From: Eledone cirrhosa | Taxonomy: Eukaryota | Direction: 5' to 3' | Length of the DNA: 64,000 nt | Assembly: GCA_964016885.1 (NCBI GenBank) | Contig: OZ024746.1 | Coordinates: 744,001 to 808,000, forward strand | Shown here: positions 52,901 to 64,000 of the stretch, piece by piece | How positions within the stretch are numbered: the stretch's first letter is position 1 | How the letters are laid out: each line of letters opens with the position of its first letter | The notes under the pieces: model-generated | Databases searched by the model: none | Told to the model about the DNA's origin: nothing | Seen by the model: the letters and a program-made list of their open reading frames with translations, nothing else | Program-made: the position numbers and the translations under genes

Positions 52901-55258
52901 AGACTGACTAATACATAGTTACAATTTCAAGGAAATCAGTCCGACGTAACGCCTCAAAAAACCCCTGAAAAAACGCAGTTTTAGATCAAAACGTTGAAAC
53001 ATAAGTAATACACATGTAAAGTTTGAAAAAAATCGGTTGGGTTTTAGGGATTCAAACTCAGACAGACATCCTCAGGGAAGTGACGTAATACAGACAGATA
53101 TTATAAGGGCGCGACGTTATATGTATCTATCTAAAAAGAGAAAGACTAAGAATTATAGAGAGAGCTCACTTAATGCGGTAGCTAGGGCATTGAAAATTTG
53201 AATTTTTTTTTATCAGAACACTCCCTGAAACATAAGTATTACATGTGTAAAGTTTGAAAACAGTCGGTTGGATGGTTATCGAGTTTTAGGGATTCAAACT
53301 CACACACACAGACATCCTCAGTTTTATATATATAGATAACGTTAATTAATTAACAATTTCTCTTGGTTGTCTCCGTTGATTTTAAAAAAAAAAAAATGTT
53401 TAGATTACATATTTATTACATATTACATTTATTTTATAATTATGGGATTTCTTGTAATGTACTTTGTCGGGTATGTTTTTTAGTGTCTAAAGAAAATTAT
53501 TGCATTCACCGGAGATAAATGGGGGGAGGGGTAACATTGTTATAAGGCCTGAGTATTGTTAAAATGTTGTTGAATTATTTACTAAACATCCATGAGAGAC
53601 TGAGTAGTAAAATGTGAGATTTTGGTCAATAACATGTTACGGGTTTACAAACAAATGTCTATGCCTATTCTACAGGAGGGGGTGGGGGTTTCTATATACA
53701 CAAGGATATATGGTATAAAAAAAAAAACGTATTAATTTATTTGCATCATCTTGCTAGCTCTAATTGAGTAAATATATATTACAGGTGTTTACAGATGCTG
53801 GAGCAAAAAGTCCTGTAAGGATTAAACAGTTTCCTTCCCGCAGTAAGTATCTAATTCCTTTGTGTAGCTGTGTTTGTTTTTTTGTGGGAAAGTGGGGTTA
53901 ACTCCTCTTAATGTCCTGTACTACATGGAACCACATTAGCAAGACATTCTTGAAAAGTACAAAACAGCGTTAAAGAATTAATGGCTTTACTCTATGGAAT
54001 GGTGTCCAGCCATAGAAACCAAGCCAAAATAAGTTCATCTGAACTGGCTTGTCTCACTATGGGACAACTCATCTAACCCATGCTAGCATGGAAATATGGA
54101 TGTTAACTGATAATGATGACTAATACTGCACATTTTCAGTAACTGAATGGACATTTGTCAGTCTCCATTTGTGTTATGAGTGGATTAGACTGAGCATTTC
54201 ACACATGCCCTTACCTTTATGTTATATGGGAGGAGGTGACAAGGCTGGCCTTTTGTAATACAGCTATAGTTGACCTGAGGCTGTGATATTAACACTTCTT
54301 TATGGGCTTATTTGTTTTATGCTGTATGCTAAACTATTAGAGAATGTTAAACAATGTATTGGGTAAGCTAATTAGTTTCACTTGATATTTGTTTCAGCGG
54401 AAAGAAGTTCTACTGGGCTGGTTGAATTTGAAACCAAATCTGATGCTATTGAAGGCCTTCTGGCTTGTAACCATCAAAGTATTCCTAATCCTAGTAAGCA
54501 CTCCTTTTCTTTTTCTACTTTAACAATGTGTTTGAATGTGTATTGTCTGATTATAAATATGTGGGATTAGATTGGTTTGGAAGAAATTGTAAATATATCC
54601 TAAAGAAGAAAATGTTTATTTATCCCAAAGTTATTGTCTTTCTTGACATAAATTTTCCTATCTGAAGTTGATTTTGTTTATCTAAAACTCAATGTGTCAA
54701 ATCTTGTCCTCCTTACACTAGATATTAAGGAAGTTATTACTAAATACTTCCAAATTGAGTGAGTTTTCAAAATGAAATAGAAATATGGAGAGGATTAACA
54801 GTGCTCCTTTGTAATGTAGTATATTGTCTATGGTTAACTTTGACCAAGAGTTGGCTAGTGAGAAATGTTATGAAAGTGGTGGAGTGAATTCAGATGCCTT
54901 CAAATGTTCATTATCTTGTTTTCAGGTTTTAAAGAAACTAAATTTATTTGCAATTTACTATGCTAAATTCTGTGATATACTTACAACTGATAAAACATGT
55001 AAACATCTAGTTAAGGCACCTGCATTGTCTTAGTGAAATATACTTGCTTGCCCAAATATTTTAGTTTTTTAGTCCCTAGGGATATAAGCCATTTCTTGGG
55101 CTTGTTTGAAAGTAAGAGGTTACCAATGAAAGGGTTTCTTTTGTATGACAGGGACTCATTCTTCACAGTATTGTTTTTGTTTTTTTTTGTTCATTTCAGA
55201 TGGCAAGAATCCATTTGTCTTCAAGCTGTGCTTCTCTCAGACCCCTATAATGGGTTAA
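34516..55258 (+). CDS. HNRNPL: Heterogeneous nuclear ribonucleoprotein L (hnRNP L / smooth-like); full coding span, 17 exons, 562 aa, 4 RRMs
   Basis: Manual splicing gives an uninterrupted 1689-nt ORF with hnRNP L signatures: DPHKPSPSPVVHVRGL, MPKKRQALVEFE, NFSTSQKIQRPG, RIVIFKKNGVQAMVEF, ALNGADIYSGCCTLKIEYAKPTKLNV, VLMVYGL...FNLFCLYGNV, SRNNRFTNPEAASKNRI, ERSSTGLVEFE, KLCFS. Confidence 0.95.
37298..37419 (+). CDS. HNRNPL: hnRNP L exon 2 (RRM1 start)
   Basis: ACAG acceptor, DKLMEDPHKPSPSPVVHVRGLSE..., GTAAGT donor, phase 2. Confidence 0.95.
37728..37776 (+). CDS. HNRNPL: hnRNP L exon 3
   Basis: TTTCAG acceptor, YVIMMPKKRQALVEFE, GTGAGT donor. Confidence 0.95.
38183..38295 (+). CDS. HNRNPL: hnRNP L exon 4
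   Basis: GTAG acceptor, DMCGATECVNY...GHPAFFNFSTSQKIQRPG, GTAAGT donor. Confidence 0.95.
39348..39423 (+). CDS. HNRNPL: hnRNP L exon 5 (RRM2 start)
   Basis: TTTCAG acceptor, NHILLFTILNPQYPITV, GTATGT donor. Confidence 0.95.
39606..39691 (+). CDS. HNRNPL: hnRNP L exon 6
   Basis: EVMHTISSPYGQVQRIVIFKKNGVQAMVE; ends at the U12 donor ATATCCTT. Confidence 0.93.
39692..40564 (+). other. HNRNPL: U12-type (minor spliceosome) AT-AC intron
   Basis: 5' ATATCCTT, branch site TTCCTTAAC at 40547-40555, ends TAC at 40564. Joining restores AMVE-FESVD. Confidence 0.93.
40565..40661 (+). CDS. HNRNPL: hnRNP L exon 7
   Basis: FESVDQAKRAKQALNGADIYSGCCTLKIEYAK, GTAAAT donor. Confidence 0.95.
41122..41185 (+). 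CDS. HNRNPL: hnRNP L exon 8
   Basis: TTAG acceptor, PTKLNVVRNDNESWDYSNPSL, GTAAGA donor, phase 1. Confidence 0.95.
41860..42890 (+). promoter_or_regulatory. CA-rich intronic cluster, candidate hnRNP L binding region (densest at 42545-42870)
   Basis: Dense ACA/CAC/ACAA motifs and strong A/C bias on the sense strand in otherwise T-rich introns, immediately upstream of a candidate poison exon. Confidence 0.7.
42975..43178 (+). other. HNRNPL: Candidate poison cassette exon (premature stop, NMD-inducing) of hnRNP L
   Basis: Branch-like TACTGAC near 42943-42949, TACAG acceptor ending 42974, in-frame TGA at 43070-43072 after phase-1 joining to exon 8. Putative weak donor CTG/GTAGAT at 43179, so the 3' end is less certain. 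Confidence 0.62.
45033..45107 (+). CDS. HNRNPL: hnRNP L exon 9 (75 nt, symmetric phase 1-1, linker)
   Basis: TTTCAG acceptor, GKSPVVAKNQPLLQDPRYAPGPTPY, GTGAGT donor. Confidence 0.82.
48149..48348 (+). CDS. HNRNPL: hnRNP L exon 10 (Gly/Pro/Tyr-rich linker)
   Basis: TTAG acceptor, SHPDVRRGGGGGPGMGPPPGGHGY...GSTGIL, GTAAGT donor. Confidence 0.9.
49399..49590 (+). CDS. HNRNPL: hnRNP L exon 11 (RRM3 start)
   Basis: CCTAG acceptor, QGAVLMVYGLNMDKINCDSIFNLFCLYGNVVR, GTGAGT donor. Confidence 0.96.
49679..49800 (+). CDS. HNRNPL: hnRNP L exon 12
   Basis: IKFLKSKEGSAMIQMGDGQAVERVIQNLN...KIQLG, GTTAGT donor. Confidence 0.95.
50255..51281 (-). mobile_element. Internally deleted piggyBac-like DNA transposon in intron 12
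   Basis: The right end reads TTAACCCTTTAGTGTTC on the minus strand (TTAA target at 51278-51281); the left end CCTTTTTAGCATTC is a degenerate inverted copy. ORF 50752-51099(-) has an acidic N-terminus plus W...F...GP...LDYFCLFFT, typical of PGBD-like transposase N-termini. Confidence 0.7.
51463..51593 (+). CDS. HNRNPL: hnRNP L exon 13
   Basis: TACAG acceptor, YSKQAFLQDVPNPHTLPDGSPSFKDFMGSRNNRFTNPEAASKN; ends at the U12 donor ATATCCTT. Confidence 0.95.
51594..52460 (+). other. HNRNPL: U12-type intron with AT-AA termini
   Basis: 5' ATATCCTTTT, branch TCCTTAAC at 52444-52451. Only splicing after TTAA (52460) restores KN-RIQGPAKVLHYFNAP. Confidence 0.85.
51770..52385 (-). mobile_element. Two tandem decayed RTE LINE 3' fragments inside the U12 intron
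   Basis: Homology to 29450-29935 (CCAGTTGGTTTT.CCC.TA, GCTGTGATCT..CAATT, CTCTACCTGGA) occurs twice. Confidence 0.75.
52461..52534 (+). CDS. HNRNPL: hnRNP L exon 14 (RRM4 start)
   Basis: RIQGPAKVLHYFNAPPNITEDEICQ, GTTAGT donor. Confidence 0.92.
52576..53337 (+). mobile_element. Non-autonomous Helentron/HINE-like element in intron 14
   Basis: Starts ACTAGC...CCTGGCGTTGCACG and ends TTTTATATATATAGAT. Internal sub-repeats GACGTAACGCCTC (x2) and AAACATAAGTA...AAAGTTTGAAAA...TCGGTTGG (x2). Confidence 0.55.
53785..53842 (+). CDS. HNRNPL: hnRNP L exon 15
   Basis: TACAG acceptor, VFTDAGAKSPVRIKQFPSR, GTAAGT donor, phase 1. Confidence 0.9.
54398..54493 (+). CDS. HNRNPL: hnRNP L exon 16
   Basis: TTTCAG acceptor, TERSSTGLVEFETKSDAIEGLLACNHQSIPNP, GTAAGC donor. 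Confidence 0.95.
55200..55258 (+). CDS. HNRNPL: hnRNP L exon 17 (last coding exon)
   Basis: TTTCAG acceptor, NGKNPFVFKLCFSQTPIMG, stop TAA at 55256-55258. Confidence 0.93.
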
Positions 55259-55984
55259 GCTGGTTTGTTGGGTCTCTCATTTTAGGAGTTTACCAACCAT
55301 GGTTGATAAGTTGTATACTTAACCCATATATGTCTATTTGTCTTTATTGATGATAAAATGTCTAGAATCATATGAATTAAATGGAAGCAAGAGAACTCCT
55401 CACTCAGGCATTTTACTTCACTCATGTTCTCCAAAGCTATGTAGCTACCATTATTCATGTCTTAGTTCTTCTCATCATTCACATCATAATTGAAAAAAAA
55501 AATAAATAAAAAAAATTTGACTTCAATCTTTATTTCCTCCTTTTTATTGCCAAGTATCATAAGTTCCTGATTTTTTTGACATGTTTGTTTACTGGGGTGT
55601 GTTACTTTGGGTAGCTTTGCTACCATCAGGTTAACAACCCATTGTAATATATTGAAAATATTGCTGTAGGTCTCATTTCTATTTGCAGTCATAAGTTTAT
55701 AATTTTGGTTTCAGTGTGTATGTATAATACACTGCTTCCTTATTTATTGATGGTCAATTTACATAACATTCTAATGCTTACTGATATATTAAAGTTAGGT
55801 TAACTATCATTTACTTCTTTGCCTGACAGTGTCAAAATACATTTTAGACTTGACCACTGGTTAAATCTTTGAATAAACAAGTTACAATTAAACAAATGCA
55901 GCTTTCTTTCCCCCCTTCTATAATTACTTGTATCCTGAGATTCGTAAAAAGAAAAAAATTGAAAGTTCAATTTTCATTTTCTAA

Positions 55985-55990
55985 AATAAA
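55985..55990 (+). terminator. Candidate polyadenylation signal AATAAA (alternatives near 55501-55510 and 55872-55877)
   Basis: AATAAA followed by GT/T-rich downstream sequence, about 730 nt after the stop. Confidence 0.45.
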
Positions 55991-58900
55991 ATGTATTTAT
56001 GTAGTGCATTGTTACATGTTATTTTGTTCCTCATATTGTTCTTCTTCATTGTATAATTTATACACATGCATTGTCTGGGTTACCCCACATCATGAACTAG
56101 CATGGAAAGCTGCTTGGTGGCAACCAGAGATTTGATATTAATGATTGGACTTGTAGGGTTGTGGGTTTCCCGGATCTGGTGGTACACTGTGGTCCTTAAG
56201 CTTTGTGTTGGCTGACAGCAGCAGTAACTGGTGAGTTTAGCACTGGGGACAGTGTTAGGTGGGAGTCTTAAATTGTTGAATACTCATGAAATTTGGGTGG
56301 ATTCAGGTCTGATGGCACAAGGCTTGTTAAGACTTAACTCTTAACATCCTGTTATGTTTTAGTAGAAAATATGAGTTTAGGTGTTCTGGTGGTATTAGGA
56401 CCCTGAGCATGCGTTTTGCATTTGGCTATTGCTATTGAACCCTGTCAGCAGCTTCCAGCTCTTTGCAAACCTTGACATATGACAGTGCAAACAATCTCAA
56501 AATAGCTAAGGCAATGAGTAAAGTGTGCTGAGTTGGCTTGTTTTATCTAAAAAAAAGAAATAATCAGAACAAGCTATTATGTCATTATCATGTTCAGAAA
56601 TTGAAGTTTTAACATTTTTTAAAATACAGCTATGCAACTTATTTTCCCCAACTGAATGAACTGGAGCTACATGAAACTGCCTCTCTCAAGAACACAATGC
56701 ACTGCACGTTCTGGGAATCAACTCACAACCTCATGATTCTGAATTTACCATTCACCCTTATTAAACAGGGTGAGTGGGGACACAGTCCATAATCTTTAAA
56801 TTTACTCCAGTAACAGTTCTGGAGGTAATGTCTTGGGAAATAGGTTGAAAGTTAGTGAGTACACTGGATGATGAAGTATATTGTAGCCTAATTCATTCAA
56901 CTTTGAAGTGATGCATTACCATGTAAGGGATTTGGACACGGTTTGTTTGTTTTTTTTTTTCGTTGCAGTTCAATTTAATTACAAAAGTCGTTTTGTATCT
57001 GGCTACAAACCACAATATTTGTTTGTAACTTCAATTTTGGGGCTTCATCTCAATCTAACCACAGTATTGAATGTCAGTTGTTGTATATGGTCCACTTTTC
57101 TTTGCATGCTAATACAATCAGGAAATGGGTTAATTTTGTTGCACAAAACAAGTGAATTTTTTTCTTTTTTTTTACGTCTGCTTTTTCCCTGCTTGCAAGG
57201 GTGGGATGGGAACTGATTCTGGCTTGATTTCTACAGCTGGATGCCTTTTCTAACACCAACCTCATTTACAGTGAGTGCTGGGTGCTTTTTTTTTTTTTTG
57301 TTGTGGCACTTCCACAACCACTTTGCAGTGGAATGATATGGACCCCAGTCCTATCATCTCATTTCTACAGCTGAGTAAACTGGAGCAATGCGATCTGAGA
57401 ATTGAACTCGCAACCTTTCGGTTGCAAGGCCAATGCGCTAAGCCATGAATATTTTGGGGGTTTTTTATGTCTTTCATTTTGCTAACTTAAACTTTCCAAT
57501 TTGGTTCAGATATTCAAAATTGCTTACATCTAGCACAGCTGTGCAACAATTTCCACCAAAGCCTTGAATTCATTGTCATCAATGGTCGAATTTTAAAACT
57601 AACATTGCATTGGATCCAAATTTGGTGATACGAATGTCAGCTGAAAGGTTCATAGGCTGACCAAGATACTCTCATGGAATGAGGTTTAGTTTTCAACATA
57701 GTCCCTGAAAAGAAACAATACAGTTAAGTCGATATTAATACACAAGATTTCACAGCCCTGGCATCTCTTTTTCAACCGATTCTCATAATCCTGTTTTAAC
57801 ATCATTAGATATCTGATTACATAGAATTTACAAACAACTGACATTGATTTCAGGACGAAAAACCACAAATTTGTTGGATTTGGTAAAAACTTATTTTGAA
57901 GTGAATATTAAGCTCCTACCTGTGATGATTTAACAGGAAATCAAAATATCTTGAAAGTTTTAATTCAAATGTTTATATTATCTCTGCTACTGGACATTCT
58001 GAGAATTTGTAGTTTTTATGTTGCAATGTGCTGTTTTGTACTTTTCGGGACTGGTTTACTAGTGAAGCTCATCAGCGACCATCTGTTGGTCATACTAAAA
58101 ATAAAGAATTGGAAACAATGTAGCTGTTTGGTGCCTGAAACTTGTATGGTCTAACTCTTGCAAGACATGGAAAAAAAGCCTGCACAACAGCAGATACCTT
58201 TCATAGATATTGCCTTAGGATTTCTTGGTGTTACTGCATCACAAATAAGGTGATATATCGCTGTAGAATGACTTAAAGTTACCTTCGAAGTGAAACTAGG
58301 AAGACATGAAATGGCTTGTGACCATTTTTTTTTGTTGCCTAAGGATGTGCTGGGAACATGCAAGGATAGTAAAAAAGGTGTTTAAGACTGGTTTGCTCAC
58401 ATGCAGTGATTTCATTGTTCCTAGATGCATGCTTGGACCCATAATTCAAGGAGTTTTAGGGGCATCATATTGACAGGGCATTTTTAAACCTAGCCGATTT
58501 CTTCCTGAGATGGATATTGTGTGACCTTGAATGGTGAGAGCCAAAACAAATACCACAAGGCCAACAACTCTACTGAACTTACCCCTTTTTTCTGAAACTG
58601 GTCATCCACTCATGTTCCGTTGATAGATCAACCAGTGTTGCTGTTAAGAATGGCACCTAATTATAGATTTGTTGCCATCATCGTTTTTACGTGTTCTTCC
58701 ACACTAGTTCTTCTCAGCACAGCATCTCTCCTCTCGCTGTGAGTCTCAGCAATTTGAGGTCAGCTCTACCCAAGTCTTGGTTTACCTCTACTGCAGCTTC
58801 CTTCCACTGGCACTTCTTCACCCATACAACATATCACTCTTTAGTAACTCCCCAAGAACTGGCTCCGACTGACAACAGTTCAGCCAACCCATGGAAAGTT

Positions 58901-59434
58901 GATGTAAAGTGGTGATTAACCCAATTGATATTAAACTGGCTCTGATTTTATGAAACAAAACTTCAATTTAACTTTACATAACCATGTTAATGGAAATGGT
59001 GTATTTCAGTAGATATACTGCCATGACAGGGTTAAAACATGTAAAGTAAATGCGCCAGATTTGTGTTGATCCAACTAACTTAAAAATAAAAACACATCTA
59101 CATCTTCTGTACTCTCAGGTCGTGGAAAATAGCTAACTTTTCTAGGTTGTCTTCATTGATTTTATTAAAACCCAGAATTAGTCGTTTAGTTCACATATTG
59201 AGACCCCAACCATCCTATTTATCGTATAACATGGGATTTCTAGTAATATATATTTGTCATGTATGTTTTTAAAGAAAATTAAATCGTCACAGGAATGCTA
59301 CTTAAAATAAAATGTCGCTGGAGATATATTAGTAAGATTTAATAAGTGGGGTGGGGGGGATTATTGGAAGCCCACGTCTGTTTTGTTAATCACTCGCATT
59401 TTACTCGTTCAAAGCAAATTAATACTAGTTTATT

Positions 59435-59526
59435 GTTTCTACTTTTGGCACAAGGCCAGCAATTATCCAGTGTATTACTAGTACTTTATTTTATCGACCC
59501 CGTAAGGATGAAAAGCACAGTTAACC
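59435..59526 (-). mobile_element. 5'-truncated SINE insertion with a 15-bp target-site duplication
   Basis: TAATACTAGTTTATT at 59420-59434 and 59527-59541 flanks sequence nearly identical to 22704-22796. Confidence 0.85.
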
Positions 59527-60199
59527 TAATACTAGTTTATTAATATATACACGACAGCTGCTGGTTTAATTTCCTTTAGCTTTCACATTTGATAGTCATT
59601 ATAAGGGAAGTAACTCGGACTAGAGGAATTATATTTTAAGACTAACAGTAAAGATTTGATGTTTACAGCCATAATCAATATGATATTCTAATTGGTTGGT
59701 GTTGGGGGTAGTATCTAGTTGAGGCGTACAGTTGTGTCAGCAATAGCTGGGGGTTTAACCCTGCGATCAATTGGCGTCTTGTCCAGTGGGGTGTCATGTA
59801 TTCTGTCACTTCAAACCAGTATAACCACCGGCAGACAGACTAACATTACGATGGAGTGTCATTAGATATACAATAAGGAAATGGTTACCTTGTTGACAAT
59901 ATCGTTTGCTATTTTTGACCTAAACTGCCAAATATTTCAACAAGTGTACTTGATAAACTCACTGTCATTTATTAGAAATACATTATTGGTAAAAAAATAA
60001 GTTCCCACATGAAACAAATGTAGATATCGTATAGCTATGAGGCTGTGTTGTGTCTTCAGGGTTAGAAAATATCTATAAAAGCTCTAGATAAGAATTCTGT
60101 TCTTGTAATTGCAACTGAGTAGTTACAGTAGACACCTTAAATGTTACACTCCATTAAACAACAAATTACAATTTACCTCTCACTCCACTGGACCAACAT

Positions 60200-61100
60200 C
60201 GTCTCATATATATATATATAGTGTGTGTGGACATTCTTGTTGATTTCATACAAATGAAACAGTTGTGTCCTGGCAAGGTGGGGTGGTGTTGGTCCAGGAA
60301 AGACTGACTTGCATTTGATGTCGGCTTGGTAACGAAGAAGGGGGGTAAACCAAAGCTGACTTGGGTTACAGGTCGATGCCTGGTTGTGAGGTCTTGCTGA
60401 GAACCTCACTGATGTAGCTGGAGATGATGGAAAATAAGTAGGCCAGATGTTGCTAGATCTAGCCCAACAAACCTAACGGGGACTTTCAGCTGGTGCCATC
60501 GTTGAGGCAATCCACATGAAGAAATTTGGCAAGGGTGAAACAGTTGCTCACGACGAAAAGTACGGGATACGCAATCTCTCCATCATCCTAGCCAGGTTTG
60601 CTTGTTTTGGTTTCCAGACACTCTCATGTGACTTTCGAGAATGCAAGTGTCGTCTCTCTGTGTTAGAGGTGTCTCAGCCAGGTGAGGCTGAGTACGTCGT
60701 CTGACATCAGACTTGGATGAGTTAATCACGTCCGAGGAAGGAGACATGTCTAACACGGAATGACGACACTTATATTCCGGGCTCTCCCAGTTTTCTCGAA
60801 AGACATACGAGAGTGCCTAGAGTCCAAATAAGCGATATTTACTTTCGGGTCTCGAATAATGCCCCTCCCGCTTATTAACGACAGACTCAATCGATCCAGC
60901 TAGCAGACATTAGAAAGACTGACTTCAGGCTAACAGTTCAGGAGAGGAATGAGACACTGGAACAAGTTATCTCCCCTAGTCTGTTACGCAAAGACAGTCC
61001 AAGTGTTGCGACAAAATCCTGGTCACTTGATACATGTCACCAAAATTATCTACTCTCGGGTCTCGAAATAATGCCCCCACTACACTTATTACGTTTTCAG
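60200..61100 (-). mobile_element. Possible decayed Gypsy-like LTR retrotransposon 5'/gag remnant
   Basis: GC/CpG-richer block, minus-strand TGGTGAC (PBS-like) near 61035-61041, a degenerate knuckle-like W..LRY.ADIKC stretch, and a 40-bp direct repeat at about 60841 and 61052. Weak evidence. Confidence 0.3.
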
Positions 61101-64000
61101 ATTCCCCCTCCCCCTATTATTTGGAATCCGAGAAAGATGTCCGACATTTAATCCAGCGTGTAGCTGTCGGGGCCGGGTGGCTGTAGAAAGTCGATCGCAA
61201 ATAAAAAAGATAAATGAATAAAACGGAAGGAAGAAATATTTAATGAGTGTGGTGTTTGGGATTTAAAAGGTAGAGCCATTAAATTCAAATTTGCTGATTT
61301 TGTACTTGAAAATCCTGAAGACAGGAATCTGGTTGTTCCGGCAAATGTTACGACGGTTTAGTAGAGAGGATTGCCGTAGAAGTAATATATATATTGATAG
61401 TGTTGGGTCAGTGAAATATTAAGGTAGTTGGTGGTGGTTCAACAATGTGGAGTGATGAAATATGTTGGAATAATAGTAAATATATAGTCGGTAATAGTAA
61501 GCATTTTCCGATATAAATTTACTATTCTTCCAACATATATATATACATATATTAAGACATTTGTAGAAGAAAGGTTTTTAGATTTCGACTGTTATATTTA
61601 ATAGATCGATATTTTATTCTTACCTTCTCAGTCGAACCCTCAGTTCAATGTCAGTAAAAACGCGACAAAATGAAAAGTTTAACACTGCGAAGAAAATAGC
61701 AACAGAAAGTCCTCATAGTTGCAGGACATCAAACACCTAAATATTGAAATGTTTTAATCATTAGACTGCACAAAAAAAAATTTATTTTTTTTATTTTTTT
61801 TTTTACTCGAAATATCTGCAATGAGGACCGAATTAAGAACTTTAAAGGCCCTAAGTTCAGAAAAAGTTATAGAGCCCTCATATATTGTAGGTCGATAACA
61901 CCCCCCCCCCCCCCCAAAAAAAAAAAACTGCCAATCTAGTACTGGGTGGTCAATGCTTCCTCTATATCCCTTTGTTACTCTGGAAGAAATCTGCTGTATC
62001 AGATCTGGAGACAGAATGGGCTCCGCCAGGCTTATAAAATGTCCAATACACGCCATATGTCAACACGCCGCCTTTATGACTTCCTCGGCAGTTACGGGAC
62101 CACGCATGCATATATTGTATATTAAAAAAAAAACTCCGATTTCAATGGTGATGATGGTAAAGCGCCCAGACGGGGCAACCGTTTCCCCGCTCGGATGAGG
62201 TAATTATGTAATATTGGGATCCCACGTGTTGCAACACTTTCGCTTACAACCCGGGCACTAACCGCCCCTTAACATTGAACACAGGAAGATAGCTAAATAC
62301 CAAGATTTGACCATTCGCATCTTTCTCGTGTCCAGCACCCTAGAGACAGACCTCTGGTATCATCGAGTCCAGAACTGCCGTTTTCCTTCGCTAAATCGAA
62401 CGGAGTGTATGCAACCCCTAGGTTGTGTGGCTCTTGCAGTGGATGTCGTTGGCTGTTCGCCATTTTGATTGCAGTGTGCAGCTGAGAGATAACATTTAGA
62501 CTCCCTTTCCCTTATTTTCCCTCCTTTGTCCCTTTTTGAACATGGAAACGTTGAGGTCCGTATACTGTAGTGGGAACAACAGCAGTTTACGTGTTCCCTC
62601 TTGAGGCCCTAAGTGCTGGTAATTTTTACCTAATGGTTCACCCTAGTGTCCACTATATAACATTTATCCACGGATCCCAAACCTTCAATGCCAGAAGCAC
62701 CTATGAGATGTAACATTGTAGAAACCCAACTTAGTGAGCTCTAACTAACTAAATAATTAAATAAATTAAAACACAGTAAAGCAACTCATTGTATTTTAAA
62801 GTTTAATAATTTAATACATCTATGACAGGAGTCGGCTACAATCTGACAGTTTTAAATGTAGTGAGATATCAAGTAAAAGCTGAAAAAGTTTAGATAAATA
62901 TAAACATTTAAAAATAAATAGTATTATTGTCATGACTTACCCCCAATGATACGGGACCGGGCCCTGGAGAATGTAGGGAGCACAGTCACCTCGTGGCCCC
63001 ACCAGACAGAATGGAAGAAGCATAGCCCCGATTGAAAAGGAAACACTAAAAACATGTTAACTCTTTTAATACCAAACCGTTTTGAGTTTATAATAGAAAA
63101 CCGCCTATTTTAATATGTTTATCCTAGTTATAATGAACAAACGAACAACGATGGTTGCTGGATACTACGGCTTAATACGGGATGTTTGTTTACAAACACC
63201 GAGCATTATAATAAATGTTCGGTGAATCCATACGTACATATATATATGTGTGCATGTATGTATATATATATACATACTACTGTACGTTTGTATACATATA
63301 TGTATGTACGTGTACATACTTATATCTAGTTATAATCTTCCGTCATAATTTTATTTTAGAAATTTTTGTTAAATAATGCGGTGCCCCAGCATGGCCTTAG
63401 GCTGTAATAGTGTAATGCCCTAAACTTAAAATTACTATTATATTGAATTCCACCAAATTTTTGGTTATTTTTCAAAATTAATTGGAACACATGTATGTGT
63501 TACATTAGAGAGATACAACAATGAAGGTTAAATACTTGAGACTCCGTCGAAGTCAACTTGACCTTTCATCTGGGATCGATAAAATATATATTACCAATAA
63601 AATATTTGGAACGAAGTCGATTTAATTAATTTCCCGCTCCCTTGAAACTGTTGCTAGTCGTCTGTCTAAATTATAAACCTGAAATACTATGTATTTCTAC
63701 TTTAATTCATCAGATGCCAATATTTTTTATTTAAGAAAACATATAAAACAATAAAAAATGAACGAAAAATAAAAATAAACAAAACTGTATAAAGAATTGC
63801 CTATATCAGTTACTATGACAACTACCTTTGACATAGATTAGGTAAAATATATGGAGTTAGGGAGTGAGCGGCCAGTGACGTCAGTGGCGGGGACTAGGGT
63901 TTCTGTCTGGATCCATGTGATGTTCTCTGGCCAGACATGGAACAGTTAAGCACTACGGACACGAGTAGGGACTCACAGGTCCCTTCACTCCTTACCACAA

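Noticed and set aside
61950-62600. GC-richer block with a minus-strand AAAATGGCG start as a gene
   Set aside because: The frame closes after about 56 codons with no recognisable domain. More likely a decayed retroelement 5' region, but it cannot be classified.

Overview
AT-rich animal genomic DNA with spliceosomal introns, microsatellites, RTE-type LINE and tRNA-derived SINE fragments. The repeat landscape looks cephalopod/octopus-like; that assignment is inference. Bases 1-20.9 kb are three tandem arrays (48-bp, 29-bp and 43-bp units); their ORFs are artefacts, and two arrays appear to have been seeded by transposon ends. Bases 21-33 kb and 56-64 kb are transposon debris. Bases 34516-55258 (+) hold one complete gene, hnRNP L (HNRNPL / Drosophila smooth-like), manually spliced into 17 coding exons (1689 nt, 562 aa, four RRMs) with all phases consistent. 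The most interesting biology is in its splicing. It has two minor-spliceosome (U12) introns, one AT-AC and one with rare AT-AA ends. Intron 8 holds a CA-rich cluster followed by a stop-containing candidate poison exon whose 3' splice site is covered by a predicted RNA stem, resembling the vertebrate hnRNP L autoregulation module. Exon 9 starts with AG|GTAAGA (recursive-splice-like), and intron 2 has a structured element. All splicing and structure calls are predictions from sequence alone.
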